A stretch of 64,000 bases of DNA, from NCBI GenBank assembly GCA_951406725.2, contig OX597831.1:11098001-11162000 (forward strand), written 5' to 3'. A program made the translations under genes and the position numbers. The notes under the pieces are model-generated. The model saw only the letters and a list, made by a program, of their open reading frames with translations, was not told the origin of the DNA and ran no database searches. This document shows, piece after piece, positions 40,076 to 54,889 of this stretch. The DNA is from Octopus vulgaris. Taxonomy: Eukaryota. The number at the start of each line of letters is the position of its first letter. Within the stretch, counting starts at the first letter, position 1.

Positions 40076-40980
40076 TACTCTAGTAACAAGGAAAACATCT
40101 TTTAGTGGAGGGGGAGCTGATTACATCAACACTAGTATTTGACTGGCAATTATTCTTTTGTCCACCGCGATGGCATTTGAACTCAAAACGTAAAGCCGAA
40201 ATGAATGCTGTTGAGTTTTTATTTTAAGCCAACGTACTAAGGATTCTGCCATGACCCCACCTTTATTAATGGTTTGAAATTTTTGCACAAAGCCTTGTGA
40301 TTTTAAAAGCGGGCATTAGAGGATGACATCGATTGGCAGAATTTAAACTCAAAACACAATCAGTCGGAAGGAAGAACACAAAGCATTCTCCCACCGTCGC
40401 ATTAACGATTGACATCTCAATACCCGCGGGTTAAAAATACTGATAAACATACTGACGTAGGGCAAAGACCTGACAGAATCGTTATCGCGACGAGCAAACT
40501 ACTTCGAGGTATTTCGTTCATCTTTACGTTCTGAGTTCGAACTCAACCGAGGTTGACTTGGCCTTTCATCGTTTTGGGATCGATGAAATAAGTACCAATC
40601 AAGCACTGGGGGTCGAAGTAATCGACTTTGTCCCCTACCGCGAAATTGTTGCCCTTGAGCCAAAATCTGCAGAACCGTAAGCACGCCGTGCAAAATGATG
40701 GTGGCATGTTGTCTGTCTTTACGTTCTGAGCAGAAATTCCGCTGAAGTCGACTTCACTTTCTACCAAAATTTCAACTCAATATGTATATCAAACAAGAGC
40801 GTATTTATTCACTAAGTTGGATCGTACCTTCTGCATAAACTGCAACAAAATCAGGTGGGAAAAATTCTATGTAAACTTTGATACTCACCTGATATTGTGT
40901 GAGTGTACAAATAAGTTCATCCTAACATGTAGCCTCAATTTAAGTTCCTAATCCAACTGAATCTCAATTACATTATACAT

Positions 40981-41388
40981 TACTCGTTTACTCGTTTACT
41001 TGTTTCAGTCATTTGACTGCGGCCATGCTGGAACACCGCCTTTAGTCGAGCAACTCGACCCCAGGACTTATTCTTTGTAAGCCCAGTACTTATTCTATCG
41101 GTCTCTTTTGCCGAACCGCTAAGTTACGGGGACGTAAACACACCAGCATCGGTTGTCAAGAGAGAAAAACACAGACACACAAACATATACACACACATAC
41201 ACACACATATATATATACATATATACGACAGGCTTCTTTCAGTTTCCGTCTACCAAATCCACTCACAAGGCTTTGGTCGGTCCGAGGCTATAGCAGAAGA
41301 CACTTGCCCAAGATGCCACGCAGTGTGACTGAACCCGGAACCATGTGGTTGGTTAGCAAGATACTTACCAATAAGCCATTCCTGCGCC
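40981..41388 (-). mobile_element. Full-length SINE A
   Basis: Tail 40981-41160, (CA)/(TA) spacer, head ending cctgcgcc at 41388. Confidence 0.9.
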
Positions 41389-41411
41389 TATAAAGAGCTG
41401 CGACCACACAC

Positions 41412-41516
<105 letters not shown>

Positions 41517-42060
41517 ATACTGACGTATTAATCCTGTTATTTCTACCAAAACTGAGCTATGATACTTTGGTAGTGCACTCTCTTTAGTAAAGGCAAATAC
41601 ATCGATCCGGTATCGAATAATACCCGGCTCTATATTCTACGAAAAATATTCAAATAGCGCCAAGAAAGCTATATATGTATATATGTGTGGATATATATGA
41701 ATATATATTCGAGTGGCTGCCATTGTTTCAGCGTATATGTTTGTGTGTGTGTGTGTGTGTGTGGGATTATGTGTCTGTGTTTGCATGTGCTTGTGTATTT
41801 TATATGTTTACGTGTATGTGTGTGTGTGTGTATACTTGTGTGCATGTATGTGTGAGAGACAGAGAGTGAGAGAGAGAGAGAGAAAGAAAGAGGGAGAAAA
41901 GAGAGTACATTATAACTAAATAAAAAGCATCTTAAAATATTCTTAAATGGTTTATTTGTAAAAATGAAACAAATAATAATAATAATTGCAAATTTTTCAC
42001 GATCTAAACCTACATCACAAATAAAATAACATTTAATGAGTGAAAACATACATACATATG

Positions 42061-42105
<45 letters not shown>

Positions 42106-42420
42106 GTGTATGGATGCGTGTGGAGTGGGGAGTAGAGGCGCTATGAAACACCAACGATGATTGAATTTCCGTGTATTTAAAACAATAAACATAAAATAAT
42201 TAATCCCTATATCCTCAATACGAAACGTTTAGTGTAGGTAAAAGGGGGGGTGGGGCGTTGCGGTGGGGGGTGGTGTGAATGTTTAAAGAAAGACGAGTGT
42301 TAAACACAATTTAACCCAAACAGAAAACACTACGAATGACCTCAAACAATATGTGTATATGTATGTACCTATACAAATGTGTGTTTGTACGAGTTTGTAT
42401 GTGTGTGTATATGTATATAG

Positions 42421-42458
<38 letters not shown>

Positions 42459-42568
42459 ATTTACGTACGGATATATATATATATATATATGCATACACCC
42501 ACAAACACACATACACATAGATGTATTATGCATGTCTGTGTGAGTTTATGTGTCATACATATGCACAC

Positions 42569-42621
<53 letters not shown>

Positions 42622-42783
42622 AGTGTGTGTGTATACATATACAACACACACACGCGCGCGACATATGCCGACAACAAAACAATTGAAAATAAATGTGTAA
42701 AGTACATAACAAGAAAAAAATAATAAATATATCCGAGAAACAGAGGCCAGCATGCACATACATGTATGTATGTATACACACAC

Positions 42784-42818
<35 letters not shown>

Positions 42819-42879
42819 AATACATACACATATATATAGATATATATATACATGTATTTATATGTATACACACACACAC

Positions 42880-42934
<55 letters not shown>

Positions 42935-43159
42935 TACGTATGTATACATATGTATGTATATTGGCAACGTTATCACTTAAGGCTGTTTCTATATCATAAT
43001 TTGTCGAGAGGAGCCACGTGTCTGTGAGAACGTCTCAGACAGAGATGTCGTGTATAGGGGGCGCTGACGACTGCCTTTCGGCAACTGAAGTCATGATAGA
43101 AGGAAATCTGATGTGACATTTTATTTTATTTTGACGATTGCAAAAATGGTATGGATGGT

Positions 43160-43726
43160 TGGATGGGGTGGGGCGATGGTGGTGGTGGTGGCGGTGGTGG
43201 TAGTGGTGGTGTTGGTTGTTGTTGGTGGTGTTGGTGTTGGCGGTGGTGTTGTTGGTGGTGGTGGTTGTGGTGTTTGTAATGATGGTTTTGTTGTGTGTTA
43301 TTGTTGATGATTACGGAATTGGTTATTATGAATGTGGTGGTAGTGTTTGCTTTTGACGGTGGTGGGGGTTGCAGCAGTGGTTGTTGTTGTGTTGGTGCTG
43401 GTTATGGTGGTGGTGGTGGTGTGTTCGAGTAAGAGAGAAGGAATTATAGCGAATAAGAAATATTGAAAGAATAAATGATAAAGGAAGGTGTGAAGAGACA
43501 GATAGGAAGTAAGAACGAGAGAGAGGGGGAGGGAAAAGGAGGAGTGTGTAGTGATGATGGTGGTGGTGGTGGTGGTGGTGGTCATCGTTGTCGTTGTCGT
43601 GGTGGTGGTCGTAGGGAGAGAAAGTGACAGAGATGAAAAGTATAAGATATTTCTGAAAGAATGGATATGAATAGTTGAAGAAAAATGGAGGGAAAGGAGG
43701 AGGGGGAGAAAATGGCAATAGACTGA

Positions 43727-43761
<35 letters not shown>

Positions 43762-44060
43762 CGGGAAAAGAAAAAGTGAGAAAGAGGGGAGAAAGGAAGC
43801 AAGGAAGGAAGAAAGCGAAAGAAAGAAACAAAGAAAGAAGGTAGATAGGTGAGAGAATGAATGAGGCAAATATAACCAAGCGATAGAGGAATACATTGAG
43901 AAATTGTAAAAAAAAGAGGTGGGGGAGGAGGAGGAAGAGGAGAAAGAAAAACTGGAACGTATGTGAGAGGAAAGAGAAAATATAAAAAGTAAGAAAGAGA
44001 TAAGGAGAAGGAATGTCAAAGAGAAAAAAAAAAAAACGAACTGAAAAGAAAAGAAATTGA
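43160..44060 (+). repeat. (GGT)n followed by a purine-rich low-complexity tract
   Basis: ggt/gtt triplets, then G/A-rich sequence including (GAAA)n. Confidence 0.85.
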
Positions 44061-44085
44061 TACAATAGAAACGGTGAGGTGCCAA

Positions 44086-44120
44086 TCGAAGAAGTCTGTT
44101 GTGATGGGCGAAACGTTGTA
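44086..44120 (+). ncRNA. Possible degenerate hammerhead relic
   Basis: TCGAAGA-a-gtctgt tgtg atgggc-GAAAC-GTT; stem II forms with G-U pairs, but there is no stem I. Confidence 0.25.
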
Positions 44121-44409
44121 AATAACAACGAAAATGGCGCAAACCTCCTCAAAGGTGAATTTATGACATCTTTCCACTTTATATTTGTAGATGGATGTCA
44201 GCTTTTTATATCACATCTGTTCAGGTTTATGGATTAGTACATACATACATATAATGTGTGTGTGTGTGTGTGTTGCTTACCAGTCACATGGTTCCGGGTT
44301 CAGTCCCAATGCGTGGCACCATGGGTGATTGTCTTCTACTATAGTCTCGGGCCGACCAAAGCCTTGTGAGTCGATTTAGTAGACGGAAACTGAAAGAAGC
44401 CCATCGTAA

Positions 44410-44581
<172 letters not shown>

Positions 44582-44584
44582 ATG

Positions 44585-44773
44585 ATCGACCACTAAATCC
44601 ACAAGTTTTTTTCATTCAGTTTATTTTCTCTTATTCCTTTCTGTTGAAGAAGAGCGTAGGCACGAAACGTAAAAGACTTTTTCACTTTTCATCTTTCTGA
44701 GCGTCAAACTAATACACCTGCTTATCTTTCATACACCTGTCTTCGTCTTTTGTTTTTCTATAAACCTCAGCTA
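44585..44773 (+). mobile_element. Short pLTR-like element with variant minimal hammerhead (44637-44675)
   Basis: cttt-CTGTTGA-agaa-gagc gtag gcac-GAAAC-GTA-aaag; second copy at 47900-48070. Confidence 0.6.
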
Positions 44774-45583
44774 CACACACACACACACATATGTATATAT
44801 ATGTATGTATGTATATTATCTGTATGTGTGCATTTGTGTTTTGTGCATGTATGCATATACATGTAGTTTGTATACAAATGTATGCGTAATATACGGATGC
44901 ATGTTTGCATATATATTTAAGTATTTAAGATTAGTGCATTAGTGGAATCGTTAGAGCATCGGAAAAAGTTACCATGTACTATTCAGTTGCATGCCTTATC
45001 GCTCCGAGTTCGATTCCAGCCGAAACTCACTTTACTTTCCATCGTAGAAAAAGGTTAATAAAACAAAATACCTGAGAAATAGTAGGGGTTCATTTAATCG
45101 TCAAGATGCACAAATGACAAATAGCTTATTGAACGAAGGAAGTATTTACTCATATCGTAGTTAGAAGCTATTAACGTTGTATATACATACGTGCATAGAC
45201 ATGCATAAGTGTATATTTATATGTGCGTATATAAATGTGTGAGAGTGTGTATGCAGTGGAGGGGTGGAGACGGTGAGTAACTCATCAAATTACAAGTAAT
45301 CACACGAAGAAAAACAAATTTTAAAAACATAGAAACGTAGAGGAGATAAACAGGGGGGGCGGGTTCGGAAGAGTTGGGAGGGGAGGAGAAACAAAAAAAG
45401 ATCAATAATAAAACAATATCGACATAGTATTACTCAATAAAACATCTTATTTGCACTTATTCCAAATTAATTAAGGATCCGTTCCCTTCTCGCAGGAACG
45501 CGTGAAAACATCTTGTATGCGTGTACATATATACATGCATATATAAATGCATACATACATACATGCATGCACGCATGAATGCA

Positions 45584-45637
<54 letters not shown>

Positions 45638-45646
45638 CCTACACAC

Positions 45647-45687
<41 letters not shown>

Positions 45688-45718
45688 CATCCATCAATCT
45701 ATCTATCTACCTACACAC

Positions 45719-45809
<91 letters not shown>

Positions 45810-46293
45810 TGTAACTGCAGATAGCTGTAAGCGTAAAAATATTTCTATGCATGCAAATGTATCTATATATATTTGTGTGTGTGTGTTTGTGTGTGCTTGT
45901 TGTGTTGTGTGTATGTGTGCCTGCGTTGATTGAAACAGCAGTGTAATTACGAAGTTCTTTCCGCAGATATAAACTGCAAATTTGAGTGAAATGCAAATTT
46001 GATTGCCCAAATGGTTTTTTAAAAAATCTAGATGGGGCCAACACATAGTTAGTGGAATATTGATGTGTGTGTACGTGTATATGTTCGTGTGTATGTGTCT
46101 GTGAGTGAGGGTTCCTGTGAGTATGTTTGTGTGCGTGTGCATGCACGCGTGTATGTCCTGTGTGTGTACGTTCAGTGTTGATTGTCGTCAGAAAAATTAC
46201 TCAATGCCGTGGTAGAGAGGAATAATATTTTAAATTTGGTCGAATCATTGTCTTGCTATTGTGAGCTTTACCTATAGGTTGCACAGGGTTCTA

Positions 46294-46329
46294 AACACGC
46301 CTGAAGACTTTTGGATTCATAGGCGAAAC
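46294..46329 (+). ncRNA. Truncated hammerhead-like core
   Basis: CTGAAGA-cttttg gatt cataggc-GAAAC; no cleavage triplet or stem I partner. Confidence 0.25.
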
Positions 46330-46342
46330 AAACGAATGACTC

Positions 46343-46391
<49 letters not shown>

Positions 46392-46504
46392 TCTTTATCT
46401 TTTATTAAACTTTTAATACTTTTGATATTTATATTTAAAAAAATAAATAAATAAAATAATAAATAAATAAATAAATAAATAAAATAATATATAAATATAA
46501 AAAT

Positions 46505-46548
<44 letters not shown>

Positions 46549-46700
46549 ATATATATATTTAAAATTTATAAGTTTAAATTATTTAAATAATTTTTTAAAT
46601 TTTAACTTTTATATTTTAAAATTAATTTTATGTATTAGCTTATGTTTTTCGCTGTTTGATTTGCCTAATAGTGGTTTTATCTCTTATTTAATATAATATA

Positions 46701-46749
<49 letters not shown>

Positions 46750-46849
46750 TTATATAAATAAAAATAAGATCGTTAATTTAAAAATAAAACAACGATTTTA
46801 TCAAGTGGTCAGCATGGAAAAAATAACCTTCAAAAGCAATAATTATCAA

Positions 46850-47058
46850 AATTATAAATTAGGGTATTTACTAGATACCATCATGCTGAAAACAGCAGCC
46901 ATGATCTGACTTCTAAAACCACCTTAATTGTCCATATATCAACATATATCTCTTTGTTTTCTCTCCGTGTTGATATATGGACAATTAAGGTGGTTTTAGA
47001 GTGAGATCATGGCTGCTATTTTCAGCATGGTGGTATCTCGTAGATACCCTAATTTATA

Positions 47059-47061
<3 letters not shown>
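46850..47061. repeat. Fold-back hairpin, ~95-bp arms, 23-nt loop
   Basis: 46850-46944 is the near-exact reverse complement of 46968-47061. Confidence 0.93.
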
Positions 47062-47109
<48 letters not shown>

Positions 47110-47113
47110 GTAT

Positions 47114-47146
<33 letters not shown>

Positions 47147-47340
47147 ATGTATGTATGTATGTTGTATGTATATATATATACATGTATGTATGTATGTATG
47201 TATGTATGTATGTATATATACATATATGTATGTATGTATATATATATATATATATACATGTATGTATGTATGTATGTATGTATGTATATATATATACATG
47301 TATGTATGTATGTATGTATATATATATACATGTATATATG

Positions 47341-47396
<56 letters not shown>

Positions 47397-47583
47397 ATTG
47401 AAGGTGAGTTATCTCACCTGTTCATGGCTCTAAGGTGTTTTAACACCGGCAACATGAGAGTTATATACTCCGATACCTCATTGCAGTCACCGGAAAATAC
47501 ACAAAACATAAACATCAGTATATGTATTTAATAACATCTATTATGCTAGAGCTGCTTTTACCTGATATCTAAATACATACATA

Positions 47584-47724
47584 CAAGGCAGCGTGAAATT
47601 TCTAGGTCATTCATAAAGGGAGAGGTAGTCTTGCAGCTGTTTCATGGATATAAAGGATATCCCAGAAACAGCTGTAAGACTAGCTTTCTCTTTATAAATG
47701 TCCTAGAAATTTCACACTGTCTTG
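47584..47724. repeat. Fold-back hairpin, 68-bp arms, centred in hammerhead stem II
   Basis: Arms 47584-47651 and 47657-47724, loop aaagg; each arm carries GAAAC-agct-G(T/C)A-agac. Confidence 0.88.
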
Positions 47725-47899
47725 GCTTTGTTGTCTCATTTTACTTAACATATACACGCTCAGACACGATCCATGTTAGACTCCTCACTCATACTATTAT
47801 CGAACCGGGAGTTTAACAGCGGTCCTTCTGCAGCACTTACATAGCCTTACCTGCCTTTGGGGTCTTCTGGATACAAAAGCCTTTCATATATACATATAC

Positions 47900-48070
47900 A
47901 TCGCTAAATCCGCAAGTCATTTTTTTTATTCTCTCTCTGTTTATTTCCTTGTTGAAGAGCGTAGGCTCGAAATGTAAAAAACTTTCTCACCTTCTCGAGC
48001 ATCAAACTAATACACCTGCTTGTTGTTTACACACCTGTCTTCGTCTTTTGTTTTTCTGTATATTTCATCT
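47900..48070 (+). mobile_element. Second copy of the 44585-44773 element
   Basis: ttgttgaa-gagc gtag gctc-gaaat-gta; shares aaactaatacacctgctt..acacctgtcttcgtcttttgtttttct. Confidence 0.7.
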
Positions 48071-48107
48071 ATATATATATATGTGTGTGTGTGTGTATAC
48101 ATATATA

Positions 48108-48270
48108 GGACGTGCTTCTTTCAGTTTCCGTCTACCAAACCCACTCACAAGGCTTTGGTCGGTCCGTGACTATAGTAGAAAACACTTGCCCAAGGTGCCA
48201 CACAGTGGGAATGAACCTGGACCCATGTGGTTGGTAAGCAAGCTACCTACCACACAGCCACTCCTGCGCC
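48108..48270 (-). mobile_element. SINE A head
   Basis: gcttctttcagtttccgtctacc...cacagccactcctgcgcc. Confidence 0.88.
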
Positions 48271-48639
48271 TATATAATATTTTTCAATATCATGTCCACC
48301 TGTACTTAAGTTTCTTACTTTGAACAAGAAAGCAATCTTCAACGAGAAAAGATATTCAAAAGATATTCGCCTTTATTATACACCGCATATTTCGATGTCC
48401 AAAAATTGAAACAAACGGAACCATATGAAGAGTACTACTAATACTAAACACGTTTGGTATCCTTTGAGGGAGATTTGGCTGCTATTTTTATCGATACTTA
48501 CATTATCAGTAGTTATTTTATCGGTCCCTATCTCTACCATCGAATAGTAAAAAGAACAATCTCAAAGTTTTCGTTTACGCTGTATGAACACGTAACGAGG
48601 AGTCGAAGCCGAATCGCTGGGTAACCAGCCAGATATCAT

Positions 48640-48730
48640 AACCATTTCACGTGATCAGTCCATTAAGCAACCAATCAGCGTAAAGCGAACGTGTGATTCA
48701 ATTTTTTTCTTGTACCCTATAAAAAGTCGA
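48640..48730 (+). promoter_or_regulatory. Candidate Pol II core promoter (E-box, CCAAT, TATA)
   Basis: TCACGTGA 48647-48654, aaCCAATcag with core at 48671-48675, TATAAAAAG 48718-48726, in non-repetitive sequence. Confidence 0.35.
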
Positions 48731-49237
48731 TCTCGGTGGTAATTAATTGCGGTACGTTGCGGCAGCTGAGCGACATTTGCCTCCATTCTTGCTGCATCAG
48801 ACGGTTGCAGATATTTGCACAGATATCTCCAGGTTCTCAGTCAGACCGAACAAAACATTCGTGCAATATGTCATAAGTAACTTCTTCGAACGCAGCTCAG
48901 TTTTTCCTTCTCCCCTAGAATGTAATTACTGCTCTTGTTATTTTATAAGCAACCGACACAGTATATCTTTGTGTGCGTTAATATAAAATCTTCCGTAAAA
49001 TGTTTGCGGGTGTTGTCCACTTAGGTCTTCACTCAGCGCAAGAAACATGTTTTCATTCCACCCAACCAGTCACCTACCGCAGACTCACCAACAGAGCATT
49101 CGTCAACTCCCTGCAACAAGCTCAATAAGTCGTTATGGCAAACTGGAAATGAGGCAAGAAAAATGTTTCGGGATGAATAAGTTATCGGTCTAAATTCCGG
49201 ATTATTTATTATATGTGGAAATTTTACAAAGTTTATA

Positions 49238-49401
49238 GGCGCAGGTTTTGCTGTGTGGTAAGAAGCTTGCTTCCCAACCACATGGTTCCATATTCAGACC
49301 CACTGCGTGGCACCTTCAGCAAGTGTCTTCTACTATAGCTTCGAGCCGACCAAAGCCTTCTGAGTAGATTTGGTAGACGGAAACTGAAAGAAACCCGTCG
49401 T
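49238..49401 (+). mobile_element. SINE A head
   Basis: ggcgcagg..ctgtgtggtaagaagcttgc...gacggaaactgaaagaa. Confidence 0.88.
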
Positions 49402-49417
49402 GTATATATATATAAAT

Positions 49418-49481
<64 letters not shown>

Positions 49482-49490
<9 letters not shown>

Positions 49491-49856
49491 GGCAGTTTGT
49501 CTGTGCGTTTTCTGTGTGTCTGTTTTCTCGTACCCTCACTCTGACCACGGCTTTCAACCGATTCTGATGAAACTTGACACACACATAGCCCAATGTCATA
49601 ATTCAAAACGAACGCAGTGAAAATTTTGAAAAGTTCCCCCAGTTCTGAAAAAAATCGATAAATTCGACATGGGGTCGAGAATCAGAAACCCAAACCACAG
49701 ACCGTCTAGGGGACGCAACTCCACCTTTTTTAACTCTCAAAAAAATTTACCATCATTTTTTTCCCATTTTTTTTGCTATTTTTTGGCTATAACTCTCTAA
49801 AAATGCTTTATAGTTATTTCCCTTACAAACCTGAGCAACGCCGGGCGATACTGCTA

Positions 49857-49857
<1 letters not shown>
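49482..49857 (+). mobile_element. Non-autonomous Helitron-like element inserted in (TA)n
   Basis: Starts tataaacggcagtttgtctgtg; ends with hairpin cctgagcaacgccggg and CTAG|t at 49854-49858. Confidence 0.75.
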
Positions 49858-49949
<92 letters not shown>

Positions 49950-49958
49950 CATACATAC

Positions 49959-49992
<34 letters not shown>

Positions 49993-50309
49993 ACATATAT
50001 ATATGTATGTATATATTATATATGTGTGTGTGTGTCGGTGTTTGTCTCCCCACCATTACTTGGCAACCGATGTTGATGTGTTTGTGTCCCTGTAACTTAC
50101 CAGTTCACAAAAGTGGCCGATTGAATAAGTAATAGGTTTACAAAGGATGAGTCTTTGTTTGACTACACCCTTAAAGGGAATGCCGTAAACATGGCCTTCT
50201 TCAGCGATGTGACACTGGAAACGGCTGGATTGTACAGACGCAGAACCCAACAGCAGCAACCACTTGGCGGTAACCTCAGGATTCTTAGGGTTGTAGTATA
50301 TTTACTTTG

Positions 50310-50462
50310 TTTTCGTTCTGAGTTCAAATTCCGCCGAGGTCGACTTTTGCCTTTCATCCTTTCGAGGTCGATAAATTAAGTACCACTTACGTACTGGGGT
50401 TGAGCTAATCGACTGGCCCCGATCCCCCAAAATTTCAGGCCCTGTGCCTAGAGTATAAAAGA
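50310..50462 (+). mobile_element. SINE B
   Basis: cgttctgagttcaaattccgccgaggtcgac...gataaattaagtacc. Confidence 0.85.
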
Positions 50463-50647
50463 ATATATTTATTTTGTTATATTCTCACTGCGTATACCAC
50501 ATGGCAACTGCGTGTATGTACATTAATGCTACATACATACATAGATACATACATTCATACTTGCATATCCATACATACACACACATACGTGCCGTATCCA
50601 AACACATGCACATATAATATCCGTGTATACATACATACATACATACA

Positions 50648-50683
<36 letters not shown>

Positions 50684-50699
50684 TTTATATATATATTTA

Positions 50700-50740
<41 letters not shown>

Positions 50741-50879
50741 ATGTGTATATATACATACACACGCGCGCAGCACACACACACATTTATATATATAATATAT
50801 GTATATATACATATAGACACACAAATACATAATGTATTTCTGTGTATATATAAACGGACGTGTACATATATATATATAT

Positions 50880-50912
<33 letters not shown>

Positions 50913-52091
50913 TATATACCTATATGAACGTATGTACGTATGTATATTATAATATATTTTTCTAACATACAAGTATATATACAAATCTGTCAATATCGTT
51001 TAGCATCTCCATAGGTGAGCTATTAATCAACAAATTTAAGAGGAAAACACCAACAAAGAATTAATTAGTAACATTACTCAATCACCAATTAAGTGCAAAT
51101 CACAGTTTAGCGTTAATAGGTAGTTTTTGACAAAATTTTTTTCATTCCTTTTCTTTTTCTTTTCTTTTTTTTTTTTGACTCTTGGTTCTTTGGAACTCAC
51201 TTATCTCTTCTCGTTCTCCTCCTCTTCTTACCAATAACTGTAGAATTTTATTTATATCAAAGCTGTTATTTTTCGCAACAATTCTTCATGTCTTTCCTTG
51301 TTTCAATGTCAATGAGTTTTGGTTGCTTTTTTGTCGTTGGAGCAGCTGCTGTTGTTTTCGTTGTTGTTGTTGTTCTTGTCGTTGTTGGTCGTTGTTACTG
51401 CTTTTGTTGTTGTTGTTGTTCGGAATTTTATTGTCTTCGTGTTGAGGCAATGGATTGGCAGAATTATCAATTATCGAAAGAGTGACTTGACAAAAAATTA
51501 TACATACATCTATAGAGAGCGAGAGAGAAAGAGGAAAGAGAGACAGTGGGAGAGAGGGATGGAGAGAGAAATAGAGAGAGAGGGGGGATAAAGACAGAAT
51601 AATAAAGCAAGGAAAGAAAAGCACATTTGTGGTATTTGGGTCAGCTTTGTTTCTCATCCTTTTGGAATCGATCATTCAAAGTAACATTTAAGAAAGTCTC
51701 GGGAATCAATATTGCTGACAACAAATTTCATGCCAAAATCTCTAGTCTACCACTTACAATTGAAAATGCTATTTTTATCGAATTAAGCACTTTAAGAAGA
51801 CATAAACTACCACAAATGATTGAATAAAGACTTTGATTATTAAATATCAAAACGAAGGACTGGAAAAATATATTTGGTATATTTTTAATTCCATGTTACA
51901 CTTATTTCATTACAGGATAAGAAGGAGTTACAATGGTTATACATGTAGTAAAAACATGTATAGAATCTCCTATCCATAATTCTTCAGATATCCCAGAGTA
52001 TGAGATATACCAGAAACAGCTGTAAAGACTTTGAATTTTTTTCCAATAATAAGAAGAAGAAGGAGAAGGAGAAGGAGAAGAAGAAGGAGAA

Positions 52092-53158
<1,067 letters not shown>

Positions 53159-53160
53159 TT

Positions 53161-53767
53161 CCTAAGAAGGAATATATTCACAGACATGACAGAGTTGGAA
53201 CCTACATACATTGGAAGCTATGCCAACATTATGGAATAACAACAGAAAAAAGATGGTATAGGCACACACCAGAAAAGGTCACAGAAAACGAGAAAGCAAC
53301 CATACTCTGGGATATGCCGATACACACAGATAGAGAAATTAAGGCCAACAGACCAGATATAGTTGTCAGAGATCATGAAGAAAAAAATGCTTTCTAATTG
53401 ATGTATCAATACCGGCAGATGACAACGTGTCTCTAAAAGAAATGGAGAAACTCTCAAAATACAAAGACCTGGAAATAGAGGTAACTAGAATGTGGAACCT
53501 GAAAACAGAAACAATTCCTATCATAGTAGGTGCATTAGGCATGATAAAAAAATATTCAGACAAATACAAAACAAAAACACCAGGACTTACAAACACATAT
53601 AACATACAGAAAATTGCACTACTAGGCACTGCACACATCCTACGCAGAACACTTTCCATACAATAACCATCAGAGCATCACAACAAATCACAGCACATAC
53701 CCAAGGCACACAGAGCTGCGCTCGGTAGTGAAGTGAAAGCACGCTATAAAAAATAAAACTACTGAAC
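53161..53767 (+). mobile_element. 5'-truncated R4/Dong-like element, restriction-like endonuclease domain
   Basis: RHDRV..HW..ILWD..TD..ANRPDIVV..[frameshift in A7 at 53381]..LIDVSIP..EKLSKYKDL..PIIVGALG; (TAA)n on both sides. Confidence 0.92.
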
Positions 53768-53813
<46 letters not shown>

Positions 53814-54889
53814 TAATAATAATAATAATTATAATTGTAATAATGATGTATTATGACTTGAGATGTTTGCCTTGCCTTAATGTTTGTTGCCCTTTTTAAC
53901 AATTATATATTCGCTATATCGGAAATCTGCAATGGCTCCAAAACTACCGTCTCGGCGATAAAGGTTCATAAACATAATTCACCAGAAATCTAAAATATTA
54001 TGTATATATCTCATTCAACATAAAACATCTACTTACATATATTTGATCTGATGTGAACATGTAGATGTGTTTCGCGATAACATAGTTTTGATTACGATCC
54101 CTAAATATGCACGACTTTGAATATTATAGACTTTAATGGAGACATAAACAATATTTATTTTTCTTTAACAACGCATTTAGATATTTGTTATTAGCGGTGG
54201 AAGCGGTGTTGGTTCAAATTAACAATCTGTAAATCAAACTTAAAGTAGAAATAGTTTTAGCGTGTTACATCTTTTGTTTAAAGCGGGACATATTCTTCGG
54301 TATGAAAAATGGCCTTTTTACAGTTAAAAAGATACCAAACATATATTGAATTAATCGCAAAGTTTGTTCATTATGTTTATTTCACAACACCACTTTGCAA
54401 ATCAACAATATACATTTATAGATTTATAAAAGTATCAATAAGACAATGGAATTGATCGACGGAAGTTCTTATCAAAAATATAAAACCAAAACCGGAAGCA
54501 GGTATAGTATCCATCAATTAATAAAGAGATGACAGAAAAGTAAAGTCCGGTAACTACAGGAAGTGATCTTCAGAACGGAAGCTAATGACAGTTTAAACAG
54601 AAACTGAATGCAATCAACGAGATGTTTCTATAAATTATTGACTTGAAAGAAAATTATTATCAAGGTATTTGGCTGAAATGAAATAATAATCTCCAGGAAA
54701 ATTGCGAGAAATCTTTTATTTTTACTTATTCCAGTCATTGAACTGAAACAAGTAGAATATATGTTTGCCTTGCTAAAATAGCCAATCAGTGAAGACTATT
54801 CACATCTTGATTCTTATAATTCGTATTGTTTTCGCTTTTCAAAGAACATAATAAAATTCACTCATTAACAAATTATGACTCATCTAAAG

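Noticed and set aside
50185-50225. Minus-strand CTGAAGAAGGCC hammerhead-like start
   Set aside because: No GAAA follows stem II; it overlaps a decayed SINE A tail
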